From Utricularia gibba (lineage: Eukaryota > Plantae > Magnoliophyta): 64,000 nt of DNA. The notes under the pieces are model-generated. The model did no database searches, had not been told where the DNA came from, and was given only the letters and a program-made list of their open reading frames with translations. This document shows, piece by piece, positions 1 to 12,828 of this stretch. The stretch lies in NCBI GenBank assembly GCA_002189035.1, contig NEEC01000017.1:186001-250000 (forward strand), in the 5' to 3' direction. A program made the position numbers and the translations under genes. Numbering within the stretch: the first letter of the stretch is position 1; each line of letters begins with the position of its first letter.

Positions 1-106
1 ACCCGAAGCACGGCTTCCGAGTGAATTATGGCGTCTGTCTGTCTGCGTTGCGAAGTGGCGAAGTATGTTGTGGTTGATGATGAGAAAAACGAAGAGGTGC
101 CGGCGG

Positions 107-142
107 ATTTTATAGGGATGCAGCGCATACTAAATCCACGTG
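107..142 (-). promoter_or_regulatory. Putative core promoter (TATA + G-box) of a gene transcribed leftwards out of the window
   Basis: Minus-strand CTATAAAAT at 107-115 with CACGTG at 137-142; no CDS visible in the window. Confidence 0.4.
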
Positions 143-3100
143 TCAGAATCAACACAACTCTTTGGGATGACTGGTCAGTCAGTCAGTCAGTCAGTCGCCC
201 TCTCTCTCTCTTACCTTACAAGGGAAAGCCGAATTATTACTGCAAGCTTTTCTATTCTAGACTTGTAGTGTAATGCAATCTAATCCCACCGGACGGACAC
301 CAAGCCTAGCATTCCAAATTGGGTTAGGAGCAGCAAGGGGAATGAACGAATACTTGTCATCTCTGTGTTATTTCACCACCAACTGGAGGAGGAAAGAGTG
401 TGTGGCCTCCTGGAAACACGTGGCACACCGGATGCCCGAGGCGCTGCGTCATCCGGTCGCCGGTCACCGGTCACCGGTCACCTCAGTAGATATTTTATTT
501 TACTCCCACTTTCCCCCCTCTATAGAAAATGTATTTTTTGGGGTGTAATTATAACTGAAGCCCGGGCGCCGGAGCTGCGTCACGTGACCCAGATAAGGGA
601 AGTGGCATATCCCATTCTCGTCCACCACCTCCATGTGACATCTTTAAAAGGAAGGTGTTGAATGTCGCTGATGCAGCAGAGCAGAGCACGGTATTTGTGC
701 TTTCTGTGTTTTAGGATGTGGTAAGATTAGTGAGTGATATTTGGCGTAATTAGTAGTCGGCTATGGAAATGGTTATGGAAATCGTCATCTGTGGTTGCCC
801 ATCCCAGGGAGGGAATTGGCGGGCCCCATCTCGAAGGAAACTGCACCGCCCACACTCCCACGTGCGCCGTACCGTGTCTTCTTTTTTTTGATGCCAAGTA
901 AGCGGAGGCCCGCGAGTATTAAATACTGATTTACCCGGAGGCAGGACCTGCGGCTCGGCTCTCCCGCATAGCATAGCGTAGCATAGCAGCCTAGAGAGAG
1001 TCTAGACTGGGGGATTCACTGAAACCGTGAACGGCCACGTCGACTGGATGACGTGTGCTGCGCGAAGCATCTATGACTCACTGCTCCTACTCGAGTGTGA
1101 AGTCAAGAAGGCAGGTTTAATGGTGATAACCCAACCCTGCCTCCCATTCCTGATGGTGATGATGATGATGATGATGCAGTAAAAAAAGTGCTGCGACTTG
1201 GTAGGAATCAGAAATCAACTCCGCTTCTTTTCTTTTCTTTTCTTTGTTTTTTTCTATTTCTGTTATATTAAGGGGCGTTGCCCAAGTGAGTGAAGTTGTG
1301 TAAGAGGGGCCATGGATGTGCTTTGGTGTCGTCAATTCTTACATCATCAGCAGGCAGCCAGTGTGTTTCCCCAGTCACCATCTATGGTGTTGTAGGGCTT
1401 GAATTCAAAGTTTGATATGGTGAAGCACACTTGGACGTCTAGCACATACCAGGGGCAATGGATTAATTACAGGTGGAAACCACGGACCAGAGCTTCTTAA
1501 GTTCTTGCAGGCTGGGAACTGTGCGGTACCACAACGACTACAGCCAGTAGCTGACGGACTCCAGGATGAATTCCCATTGGTTGCTTGACCAGACCTATTC
1601 CTCCCCTCAAAAAATCTTTTATGTAAGTCTTTGAATTAGAGCTCACCATGGGCATGGGGAGGAACTTTTTGCCCCCCGGGCTATGGTTTCATGGTTTAAA
1701 TGCCCTGGTCGTGGTCCGGTTGTTGTGGATGGATCAGATCCCTTGCTCCGCATTTTCTTACAGTCAAACAAACCAGTCATCCAATGCAGGTTTTGTCTGG
1801 TGGTTCGATCGCCTCGATGTCCCTTGTCCACTGTCCACCACCACCCCCCCCCCCCCCCCCTTAGAATTAGAGGGATGGATCATTCATTGAATGGCAGGAG
1901 GAGAGTACAAGCAGGAGCAGGAGATGGAGAAAGGTACAACTGGACCAGGAATATTTATTTTACTGAAATTAATGTCATATAAATTTCATCATCATGGCTA
2001 TTGATTAATCATCCGGGAAACTTCAGACACTTGTAATTATTGCCCGCATTAATAGTTCTAGGGCCACGTCACATATCGATTAGCACGTGTGACGGACACA
2101 GTAGCTTCTGCTACTCTCTCCTGTGTGTTTTCAAATGCATCAGCCGTTGGTACATGGGTGCACCTGGTACCAAAGATAGCCAGCGTAATTGCAGCTTCAC
2201 CGAGGGGGGGTTTTTCTGAGAGGAAGGTGTTTTGAAGGGCTAAAAGGCGATGTGATCATGGAATTTGGTCATCATTCAACCTGAACCCACCGCTTTACTA
2301 TTCTTTTGAAAGCACTCTCTCTTTGACGCTACTATCCTCCCACCAACGTCGCCAGCCAGAGTCATGCAAAATAAATCCAGTAAACAAGAAATTAGAACAG
2401 CGCATACACACACAGAGGAAAGCATTACTAATTAAAAAAGGAAGTTAGTCAGATGATGAGCAGTTGAGTAGGCACTTTGAAGGTGTTGGGGGTGGTGCAA
2501 GAAAGCGAGTCCCAACCGACAGATGCGGTTGGAGGGCAGGGCAGGGCAGGGCAGGCCCCTCCTCCCTGGCTTGGCTTGGCTTGGCTTGCCTGCAAACCAC
2601 ATTCCAACATTTGTACCTCTCCATATCCACACACATTTACTTGACATTAAATTAGTTGTGCATGAAACACACCACTCAATATGTCCTGAGTAGTTGGCAG
2701 TAGATAGATGTTATCTGCAACAAGTCCCTTTATACTACTACTGTGCATAAGAAGAAGAAGAAGTAGAAGAATTGATGTTATTAATCCCAAAAGGAGGGAG
2801 GGTCTGGCATGCCTTGTCCCTAGTAGGAGTAGGAGTGGTTGTGAATGCCAAGGCCGAAAGTTGGCGTCACCTGGGCCCGCCCTTGGGACAGCTGACACCC
2901 CCTGGTGTGGTGTCGGCAGAGTGCTCCCGCCCCCACCCAGTTCGTTGACCCAGTTTCAGCTGGACCTTGGTTGACTCTTTCCTCCCCAAAAGTGAAAATT
3001 CGATTCGGCATCGGTGCTCCACACAACACCGAAAGGGGATAAGACTTTGAATGACAATGAGGAGGATTAGGTGAACCAAACTGGGTCAGGGTGGCGGAAT

Positions 3101-3913
3101 TAGACATTTGGGTACCCATCGACTGTGGATTGATGGGAAAATGGACGGCAACTGCGTGTTGGAAGTATTGAGCCGGGGGCGAGTAACTTTGCATGAGACC
3201 TTTTTCTCTAGTCCTCGGGAGTGGGGGCAACGCCTCTCCTTCTTCTCTGACATCGACCATGAAGACAAAAAAACCAGACGACAAGCTACTGCGACTCCTC
3301 CACCACCGTGCACATGCTATATCATCCCTTCCCTTGTGTCGCGTCGCGTGGCGTGGGGTGGCGTGCGGAATAACTAATACGCTCGCTCGCCTCCTCCTTA
3401 GAGCTTGGAGGAGATCAAAGTGGCTGGCTGAAACCCATTTCGATTCACCTGCTTACGCTCATTCCTGTTACCTGTGTAATGCCCAGAGCAATCAGGTTGA
3501 CGCAATTATTCCTTTTGTGGAAGGGAGCAATTTAGGGGAGCATGCATGGGTTGGGTCACATCTAAGATACCTAAATTGCAAATATCAATATTGGCATATG
3601 GATATGGGTCGGGTCGGGTCAATCGGATATCTGATCCTCAATTTCAACATTCTAATTGTATCGTAACTGGAATATGAAGGCATCCATCCATAAAAAAATT
3701 GAATCTGATTTTTTGAAATAATTTGAATATTATAAAGGAACAAAAACAAATAAATATTATTAAATTTTAGGGGCTAATTTTATCAAATATATTAAAATTT
3801 GAAGATTAATAATATGGGTATATAAAACTTTAGGGATTGATTTTGTCCATGGGAACCGATTAGGCAATTTATATTAAAAAATGGAGATTAGTTTTCTCAT
3901 ATTGAATTGTTGG

Positions 3914-3984
3914 TGGGCTGGTCTACAAGCAGATTGGAAAGGTTGGGCTATTTAAAGATATATATTCGGCCCAACTATTGGGCT
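3914..3984. promoter_or_regulatory. Cluster of four site II (TGGGCY) elements upstream of the SCD2-like gene
   Basis: TGGGCT at 3914, 3944 and 3979; GGCCCA at 3968. Confidence 0.6.
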
Positions 3985-4332
3985 GGCCGGCTGTATCGTG
4001 GCTCCAGGATTCTCCTTTGCAGATTCCGGGTATGATGGATCGATCGGAATGCGCCAACGTTTTTGTTGGTTGGAAGCGGAGAACAAACGAAAGATGCGGA
4101 ATCAAAGGCCAGTTCTTCACTCTCTTCCTTCCGAACTCCGAATCCATCTCTAATTGCTTCATAACCGCCAAGTGCCACATGCTGGAAATATGGCTTCTTC
4201 TTCCATCATCACGGCTTGTTCTTGATTCTGCGACTACTGCTTCCGTTGCTGCTACTGAGGAGCCTAGGCTGCGCATCTCTTGCTGCACGGGTATCAAATC
4301 CCAAGCCATCGGGTTCCTCTACTGGTTTCATT

Positions 4333-7300
4333 ATGAAGAAACCACAAAACGCCAAGGCTGCAGCTCAGAGGCTGGCACAGATGATGGCTCATCAATCGCC
4401 TGACGACGATGAAAAGGATGATGACCTGTTGTACGACTTTGATGCTCCAGGTGTGGGGCTTGCAGGATCCAGGCCAGCCAGAAATCCTTCTCCCCTGGTG
4501 AGATTGCATTTTGTTTTTTTATCCATCTCCAATGCTTATCATCGCCCGATCCTAAATCTAGTCAGTTGCTTGCTATCTAGTCAGTTCGTAAGGCAACACC
4601 GCAGCAATCCGATAACAGGTCCAATTTGGGGCCTGCTAGAGCATCTCCAGTTGTTACTCCATTGGACCAACAACCTGTATCAGTCCGTAACTTGAATCTA
4701 GTGGAACAGAAGCCAACCCCAGCTCGTAACCAAAACCCAGTCGAACCACAGCCATTGTCGGCGCGCAGCAGAAATCCACTGGAGCAGCAGCCTCTGTCAG
4801 CTCGCACTCGACCATTGGCATCCAAACCTCTGATGTCCCTGCAATCAGATTCTCCTCCTGAAGCTATCGCTGTGGAGAAAGAACCTTTACATTCTCGTTC
4901 ATCTTTTTCCCGGCCATGCATAAATCCTCGGTCGTCTCAACTAATAGAGTCTGACGAAGAATCGCAGCCACTGTCTTCTCATTCGGTTGCTCCTGCTGAA
5001 ATATCATCATCTGCTCGCTTGTCTTCATTGGGGCGTCCAAGTTTAAGGATCAAGACTGTCGCTATGGCACCATCAGGTGCAGGGCCAACAGTTAAGCCCT
5101 TTCCTTCTGGAACTCCATCCGAGATTCAGATGGATAAAAGCATCAAGTATAAAAGGTCTATTTACTAATTTTCTTTGTTCCTTTAGCTGTATACCATGTG
5201 CTCGTTTATCTCAACTTCAAGGAATCTTCTCACTCAGGTCGTCTCTAGACTTCGGGACTTTCAAGTTCAAGGATCCACCCATTAGCCAGCAGTCTTCTTC
5301 TGCTCTACAGGATGAGGTCCAGTTCAAAAGATGTACTGTACATTGCTGTATCTATTTTGTTGCCTTATTTGAAATACATGGTGCTCTTCTTTTCAGCTCG
5401 ACATGCTTCAAGAAGAAAATGACAGTTTGTTGGAAAAGGTATGCCAGTCATCACTTTCTCGCATAGATCTGTTTCCTTCCCCAGATTCGGGATTGTGTAT
5501 ATATTGAGAGTGTGAACCATAATGAACCTTTACATTTTAGCTCCGTCTAGCAGAAGAACGGTGTGAGGAAGCAGAATCAAGAGCGGGGCAGCTTGAGAAA
5601 CAGGTAACATGGAAACTATGCTCCAAGTCTGCTATATCCCAGATTCTTTCTGCAATACCCCAGAGGTTCAAGGAGCTTTGCGTGCCAAAACATATAATAA
5701 AATAAAATAAAATGCTTGCTTTTGCCAAGATTCAGCTCTTTTTAAATTAAAAATAAATGCTCTTCGATTGATTTGTGGTCTTGAGCAATATTTGTTGTCA
5801 TTCTTATTAGATTGCATCACTAGGTGAAGGTGTATCACTAGAAGCTCGACTTTTGAGCAGGCAAGTGTGAAAATTTCTCCTTTATCATTAAGTACGGTAA
5901 ATTACCTGTCTCATTCGTTTTCTTGTGTTTGTATCAGGAAGGAAGCAGATCTTCAGAAAAGAGAGGTGTAGGATAATGTCTCACAGTTAGTAGTATCTTC
6001 GTCATGTTTCTAAACATTTAATTAATGAAGGCTGCTCTTAAAGTTGCTGCTGAGACATATGGCGGAAGCAGTGAAGAGATTGCTGCGCTTCGTGCAGAAG
6101 CGGAGGTGATTACACTAAAGCTCTGATCAAATAAACGGAGGTAGAGCGTTGTCATTGATCTGGTGATGTTTTTTTGGTATAATAGGCCGCGAGAGAGGAA
6201 GCAATGGCATCTTTAGAGCAGCTCCATGGTGTTGAAAGGGAAGTTAGATCACTTAGAATCGTGACTAAGAGAATGATACTCACTAAAGAAGAAATGGTAT
6301 ATTATCACCTCAAGCAAAACATTAGTTCCTTCCGATTTATCTCTGCTATTTGGAACATTATTTCCTAGGAAGAAGTTGTTCTTAAGAGGTCTTGGCTTGC
6401 CCGCTGCTGGGGTCTCTGTGTGCGCTATGGTAATTTCAGGCATACCGACATATCCTTTTTTGACATGCAATTTTCTCTTGGGGCAAGACCAAGATCGTCA
6501 GTTATATGGTGCAGGTATCCTTGGAGAGATTGCTTTCGCAAGAAATGAGTACTGGTCAGCTCTTGCCTCACATCCCGTTGACGTTATCCTGGCTGCAGGG
6601 AGAAAAGCAAAAGATGAAAATCTGTGGAGTGAGATAATCAATGAACGTCGATTCTGCCATAAGATGGTGATGTTCACACTCCCGTTTCTCTTGTTAATTT
6701 CATTCACAGTGAACACCGACTTGGATGAGAGGGATGATTCTCTGAAGGACATGGAAGAGACCTCACGTAAGCCTAACGTTGAAAGCATGTTGTTGGTTGA
6801 GAAAGGCCTTAGGGAACTCACTTCTCTTAAGGTTGAGGCGGCTATTGCTTTAGCAATGGCACAAACCCGCCGCCCGGTTGTACTGAAGTCCAGTGTATCA
6901 GGTATCATGCTAAAATTCATAACATCGAAGCCGAAAGGGACATGGCTTGGATTTCACACTACGATGTCTCTTTAGATGAACTGAAGCTTCCAGGTGAAGG
7001 CTCCGGTCTCACAGAAGTATTTGGTAAGCAGGCAATAATATTAAAACTTCCCTGCTGTCCGAAGCTTCTAAAAAATCATTCATCTTTCACAGAACTGACC
7101 CCGGACGAATCAGAGGACGTCCTTCTCAAACAGGTAAGCGTGAAGAAGCTTCTGTATCTTCCCAGCCAAATCGCAGCTCAGGTTACGTGGATTGAGCAGG
7201 CCTGGCTGACGTATTTCTGGAGAAGGGCCAAACTCCAGGACCTGGAACCAGATATAACGGATGAAAGACTGCAGTTCTGGATTCACCATGGCAACAGGCC

Positions 7301-7537
7301 ACCCACGTCCCTGGACGCCATCGATGGTAAAGGAGGTCAAGTTCAATTTTCATGCTGCTTTCCTCGTTCCAGTGACTTGAGTGTCCATCCCATCCCTTCC
7401 TGGCAGTGGAACGTGGCCTGGTAGAGCTTCACAAGCTGGGAGTAGAGACGAAGTTATGGGAAGAATGCCGGAAGCAAATCGACCCTGATTCTGGCGACAA
7501 CACACTCGCGGAAATGGAATACCAAATGCTGTCATAA
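4333..7537 (+). CDS. SCD2-like coiled-coil protein (multi-exon; start codon uncertain)
   Basis: Spliced peptides match the SCD2 family: [111 protein letters not shown]. Introns are GT-AG except one GC-AG (5861-5937). Stop TAA 7535-7537. Confidence 0.9.
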
Positions 7538-8965
7538 CCCGGAAGTCTATTTCTTGGTACATCTTGGGTCGATTCCACTGCATATGGTTTTTTCTAATAC
7601 AACGAGTATGCTTTCAATTTTTGCTTCAGATTATGTACAGGGTTTAGGGTTTAGAATTAGAGTTTGTGGTATGAATAGATTCAATTTTCAGATTGTAAAA
7701 TTATTTTTAAAATAATATAAAACTACATTATAGATTTCGATATATTAAATTATATATTATAAAATTTAATAATTTAAATTATTGCATAACTTAATGTGTT
7801 AATATAAATGTATTTTTGAAGTATACCATCCAACTAGATGAACAAAGTAGCAATTGAAATCCATTCCAATAACACTTTGAGAGTAAATATTATGATTTTT
7901 ATGATTATTTTTTTGTAAAATTTATCGTATGAATTTATGGTAAATAGAACACTAAAAAAAGAAAACAATCAAAACTTTAGGTACGTAATACATTGTCTTA
8001 AAGAACTTCTCAATCTTCTCAGATTTAAGAAGTTTTTCAAAAATACTCTATCAATATTAAAAATTAGTCAATACATATGTATCTAATTTTAATGGGGTTG
8101 AGACAAAATGAGACAAAACATGGTTTGGCCCGCACACACATGCGAGAAGCTTTTGAAGTCGGTTTTGTACCCCATGTCCACGTAGCTTTTTTGGATTTCA
8201 AGACCCTTCAGAAACCCAACACAATTTAATAAATTAGAATCATATGCACATGCAAGACCTAATTCATTCTCAATCCTATCAAAATTAATGAATTGATATA
8301 CCATATAACTAGTTGAAGAGAACTTCAACTAGCAATATGGGATAATTACCTCTTCTTCAATGTCTAATATTTCCAACAATCCTCCACATATTGGAGAAGG
8401 ATTAAGTCGTGTAGACTTTAATGTCTAGAAAATGGTATCTTTTGATTATAAACCAATTTCTTGATTACACTACACATGTAATATATTTTGTAATATAGAC
8501 ATATAGCCAATCATACCAAGCCCACCTATACAATTATCGACTGTTTAACGCTCAAGTGCACCCATAAACCGAATACAACTTCTATTGATTTATAAGTACT
8601 CTAGAGATCACATATATCTCATAGGAGCAGCTATCCTTCACATTTATATATGTGTCTTTGCTAGACACACGTTGCTTATATGTGTTATTGATTTTTATCA
8701 ACTACATAAACATTAAGAGTAAATGCTCATCTCCCACTTTGCAGGTAGAATACATATTTCATAGGAACGACCACTTGCCTAAAGTTGTATTCTCCGAATT
8801 AGTAGTGACTTATTATTACTCATATGAACATAATCAAGTGTTTTTACTATCATTGGTTGGGTTACCATCATTGCTGTTTACTTAATGACATTAGTCTCAT
8901 TCCTCTTGAAAGCTCAAAGATCTTCTCTCTATTGAAAGGTTTGCTAAGTGGATCGATCAAATTCA

Positions 8966-9228
8966 CTGATACTCTTAGGCCTCGTTTGTTAGGTGGGTTT
9001 AGCCCTCTAAACCCTTGGGTAAAAAGTGTTGTATGTGTTTGTTGGGGTGGTTTAGTAAAACACAAGGGTTTGTATTAAACCTGCAGCTGCTGATACTCTT
9101 AGGCCTCGTTTGTTAGGTGGGTTTAGCCCTCTAAACCCTTGGGTAAAAAGTGTTGTATGTGTTTGTTGGGGTGGTTTAGTAAAACACAAGGGTTTGTATT
9201 ATCCCAAATTAAACCTGCAGTTGCTGAT
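8966..9228 (+). repeat. Tandem duplication (124-bp period) of the left end of Harbinger copy 1 including 12 bp of flank
   Basis: CTGATACTCTTA-GGCCTCGTTTG... starts at both 8966 and 9090; the first copy lacks 10 bp (ATCCCAAATT). Confidence 0.95.
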
Positions 9229-9538
9229 TTCACAAAACCCACGTGTGAGGTGGGTTTTGAGAAACCCATCTCACACAAATACAACTTGGTCGATAATACC
9301 CTTCTACTCCATAAGCAAATTCGCAACAGTAAATCTGTATATTTGTTCATCCTCTTCAACACAAATCTGTTGGGTTTTTGCAGGTACATGGTGAGTGAAT
9401 TCGAATTCTGATATTTCAACGAAAACCCATACTTCAATTTAAGCCAAGAGTACTTATTTTTTGTTTCGCATATGATGGAGTCGGTTTTTTTTTTCTGAAA
9501 ATTGCAGTAGGTTGTGCGTTGCTTATTGAGGCTATTGC

Positions 9539-10896
9539 AATGGTTTCAAAGAAGATTATTTTGGCTGCCCTTGCTGCGGCACATTGCGTTGGTCAGCATC
9601 TATGTATTATGCGAGTTATGATTGTTATAATGTTGCATTTCTGTTGTACACCAACCGATAGGAGAATTCGATTCTCATATCGAGAAAAGATACCGCGAAA
9701 AATAGAGCATTTGACTACCTTGTTATCTGATTCAAGGAGTGCTTGTCTTGAAAACTTACGATTATGTGCAGATGTCTTCAACAAGTTATGTTATGTTCTT
9801 CGAAGTAATGGTAGACTAACCACTTCAAGGTATGTCGATGTTCCAGAGCAAGTTGCATTGTTTTTGGGTATTTTGGGTCATCACAGGAAAACAAGGCAAT
9901 AGAAATTTGAATTCATGCGAAGCAGCTGGACAGTGTCCAAATATTTCAATGTGGTATTGTCGGCGGTGCTGTCATTGCACCAAAATTTACTTAAGACAAC
10001 TATGCCAATTGATGTTTCTGATCCCAATTCTAGCTTCAGATTTTTCGAGGTATGCAAGAAGATTTTTCTTCGTAGTTGTGGATGTGCAACGTGTATTCTG
10101 CATGCTGTAACTTTTTGCTCTATTTTTCAGAATTGCTTGGGTGCATTGGATGGTTCATATTTTCAGGTGAAAGTCAAGAATCAGGATAAACCAAAGTGGA
10201 GGAATCGTAAATGAATCGTGTCCACTAATGTGCTAGGAGTGTGTGATGATAAGCTCATGTTCATCTATTTGTTGTCCGGTTGGGAGGGATCCGCTGCTGA
10301 TAGCAGGGTGCTGCGAGATGCAGTTTGTCGACAAAGAGTATTCACTGTACGCAAAGGTAGGTGCTTACAATGTGTAGAAGTCCATAGTTATGATTACCTT
10401 TCATGTATTCCATTTTTTTGTAGGGTATTATTACTTGTGTGATAATGGCTACACAAACGCAGAGGGATTTCTAGCACCCTACAGGGGTGTTCGATACCAT
10501 CTGAAAGAGTAGGGTGTCGGGTCCATTGCTCCACAGAATGCGAAGGAATATTTCAACATGCGGCATGCTTCTGCAAGGAATGTTATTGAGAGGGGATGGG
10601 GTCTAATGAAGATGAGGTAGGGCATTTTACGAAATTATAGTTTTTATCCTATTAAAACACAAACTCGTATCATACTCGCATGTGCCCTGCTTCACAATTT
10701 TATTCGGCGAGAAATGCCAACTGATCCATGGGAAGAGGTCATTCCGGAAGAGTACTGCAATCCGGATTCACAGGAATATGAAGATGATGAACATATTTCC
10801 TCCATAGGAAACTCAGAGGAGTGGACATAGTGGCGGGATTCAATGGCTGAGATAATGTTTGTGCAATGGAGAGAGACCACACGAAGAAGGGTATAA
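9539..10896 (+). pseudogene. Harbinger DDE transposase, pseudogenised
   Basis: Motifs EQVALFL, NCLGALDGS, GWEGSAADSRVL, YYLCDNGY, PYRGVRYHL, RNVIER, ACALLHNFIR. Introns near 10049-10130 and 10358-10423. In-frame stops at 9900, 10212, 10510, 10618 and 10828. Confidence 0.93.
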
Positions 10897-11348
10897 GGTG
10901 TACTAATGAAGCCTGATATTTTATTGGTTTGGCATAAAAACATTTTATTTCATTTTCCAATAGTTGATAAGCATGGCGTTGTGTTGTATTCATATTGTGC
11001 AAACACATCAGTTATTCCAGACAGGATTTGCTTCTTACATTGGGTTATTTCCCACGGTGAATTGCCTTATTTATCCTGGATTGTTGTCATAGCAAATGTG
11101 ATACAGTCACTGGAAACTAGAATTTGCAGTGGAAAGATATGATAGGGTTGAAGGATACTTCATGTTTCCACACACTGTTGACTCATACATCTGGGTGCAA
11201 CTATTGCATGCTCTACACTATCTACATGTACATTGGAAGAATTGCATTCTAGGTACTGTGAATATCTGCTCTCGGTGCCTGGATGAAATGTGTTCCTAGC
11301 ACCGCAATACGCCGCTATTGGTGCTTGGAAGTCCAGTGTACCAGACAC

Positions 11349-11737
11349 CGCAAAAGTTTTGTCTCGGTGTCTACAAGACACCCCTTTTAGGCACTGCAAA
11401 ACTCCGCTCTTAGTGTCTGAGAGACATGCGTCCCAGGCACTGCAGAATGCTGCTCTTGGTGTCTGGAAGACACGTTATTTTAATATTTTCATTAGCGTTC
11501 GATTCTTAGGTATACTTTGGATCGAGCATTAATATAAATTTAAAATAAAAAAATATCCACTCGATTCGAATGATACCTAAGGATCGAACGCTAATAAAAA
11601 TAATAAAATATCGTGTCTTCCACATACCGAGAGCGGCATTCTGCAGTGCCTGGGACGCATGTCTCTCAGACACTGAGAGCAGCGTTTTGCAGTGCCTACA
11701 AGGGGTGTCTTGTAGACACCGAGACAAAACTTTTGCG
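11349..11737. repeat. Internal fold-back inverted repeat (~165-bp arms) in Harbinger copy 1
   Basis: CGCAAAAGTTTTGTCTCGGTGTCTACAAGACACCCC... is mirrored by ...GGGGTGTCTTGTAGACACCGAGACAAAACTTTTGCG; ORFs 11290+ and 11506- give near-identical peptides. Confidence 0.93.
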
Positions 11738-12828
11738 ATGCATAGTACACCGAGACCAAAATTTAAGATTATGAATTACAGAATGTTTCCTTTATGGATT
11801 TAAATTAGTTCGAGATTACATAAGATTTTTTTAATCTTATGCATATGAATTTATTTAAAATCACCTACTTTTTTTACATTAATTAAGTTTGATTTTAATT
11901 TTATTAACTATTTTAATACCTAATTAATTGATATATATCATATTTATTTAAATTCAAGTAAAAGGCTGCTCTCAGTGTCTGGGAGACATGCGTTCCAGGC
12001 AATGCAGAATGCTGGTCTCGGTGCCTGGAAGACACACTGTAGACACCACGACCTTTGAAATAGGTGCCTTGAGCAATCACGAGCTAGAATGAATATTAGG
12101 CCTCGCGTATTTGGGCCTCATAACAAACCCTCCAGCCCAGTCCTCACCCTCCTTCACCACGCACCTAATCGCCGCACACTACAAAGCACGGCACACCGTC
12201 CCCACCTTAACCGCATGGTCCCTCCCCCATTTGCTTTCCTCTGATCTGTCTATCTCAAGAAATGCTTACTTCCAAGAAACTCCAACTTCGGTTCGCCATC
12301 CCAGAGATGTACAATCTATGGGACAAGGCAAGCGATGAGACAATTGACGGTGTGGTTCCACCCAGGGTGGGAGTAACCGGGTTTTCGGTGTCCACCAAAC
12401 AAGGGAACACGGGTGTGGTTTATGCATAAACCATGCCCGTATGCCCTTGTAAGGTATACACGATCCAAATAAATATCCACTCGACTCGAATCACACCTAA
12501 AGATCGAACGCGACACACATGCACTCAGTTGGCGCATCGATGCCAGGCACCGCAATTGCGGTGCCTGAAAAGATAGGATGCATGATAGACACTACAACCT
12601 TTCTTTGCAGTGTCTAGAAAGGGACGAGTTCTGATGTTCTGCTTTCTATAGGTTACAGGGGCTTGATAAATATATTTGGTTACACAAACTGAAATCAGAT
12701 ATCAGCTACCCATGGCAAACATGTAAAGCGTAATATTGTCACGCAAAGCAAAATGATTGTCATGATACATGGACATCATAAGTGGATATGATCAAAACAA
12801 CAAAGGAAAAACAGAGGTGTAACGAACA

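Noticed and set aside
1117-1335. Minus-strand ORF with a poly-His run
   Set aside because: The run comes from a (GAT)n microsatellite; no recognisable domain or supporting exon structure.
1643-2974. Small ORFs with CEP/PIP-like fragments (TTGPRPGH, RKLASPGP, NFRPWHS)
   Set aside because: The motifs are partial, not at the C-terminus, and lack a convincing signal peptide.
2946-3089. 11-bp inverted repeat (TGACCCAGTTT) as a possible miRNA hairpin
   Set aside because: Pairing does not extend to ~21 nt and no conserved plant miRNA sequence was recognised.
6498-6920. 140-aa antisense ORF; likewise 28840-29163, 29839-30242 and 35046-35342
   Set aside because: Shadow ORFs opposite real coding exons.
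11290-11803. Paired ORFs on opposite strands with near-identical peptides
   Set aside because: A by-product of the fold-back palindrome, not genes.
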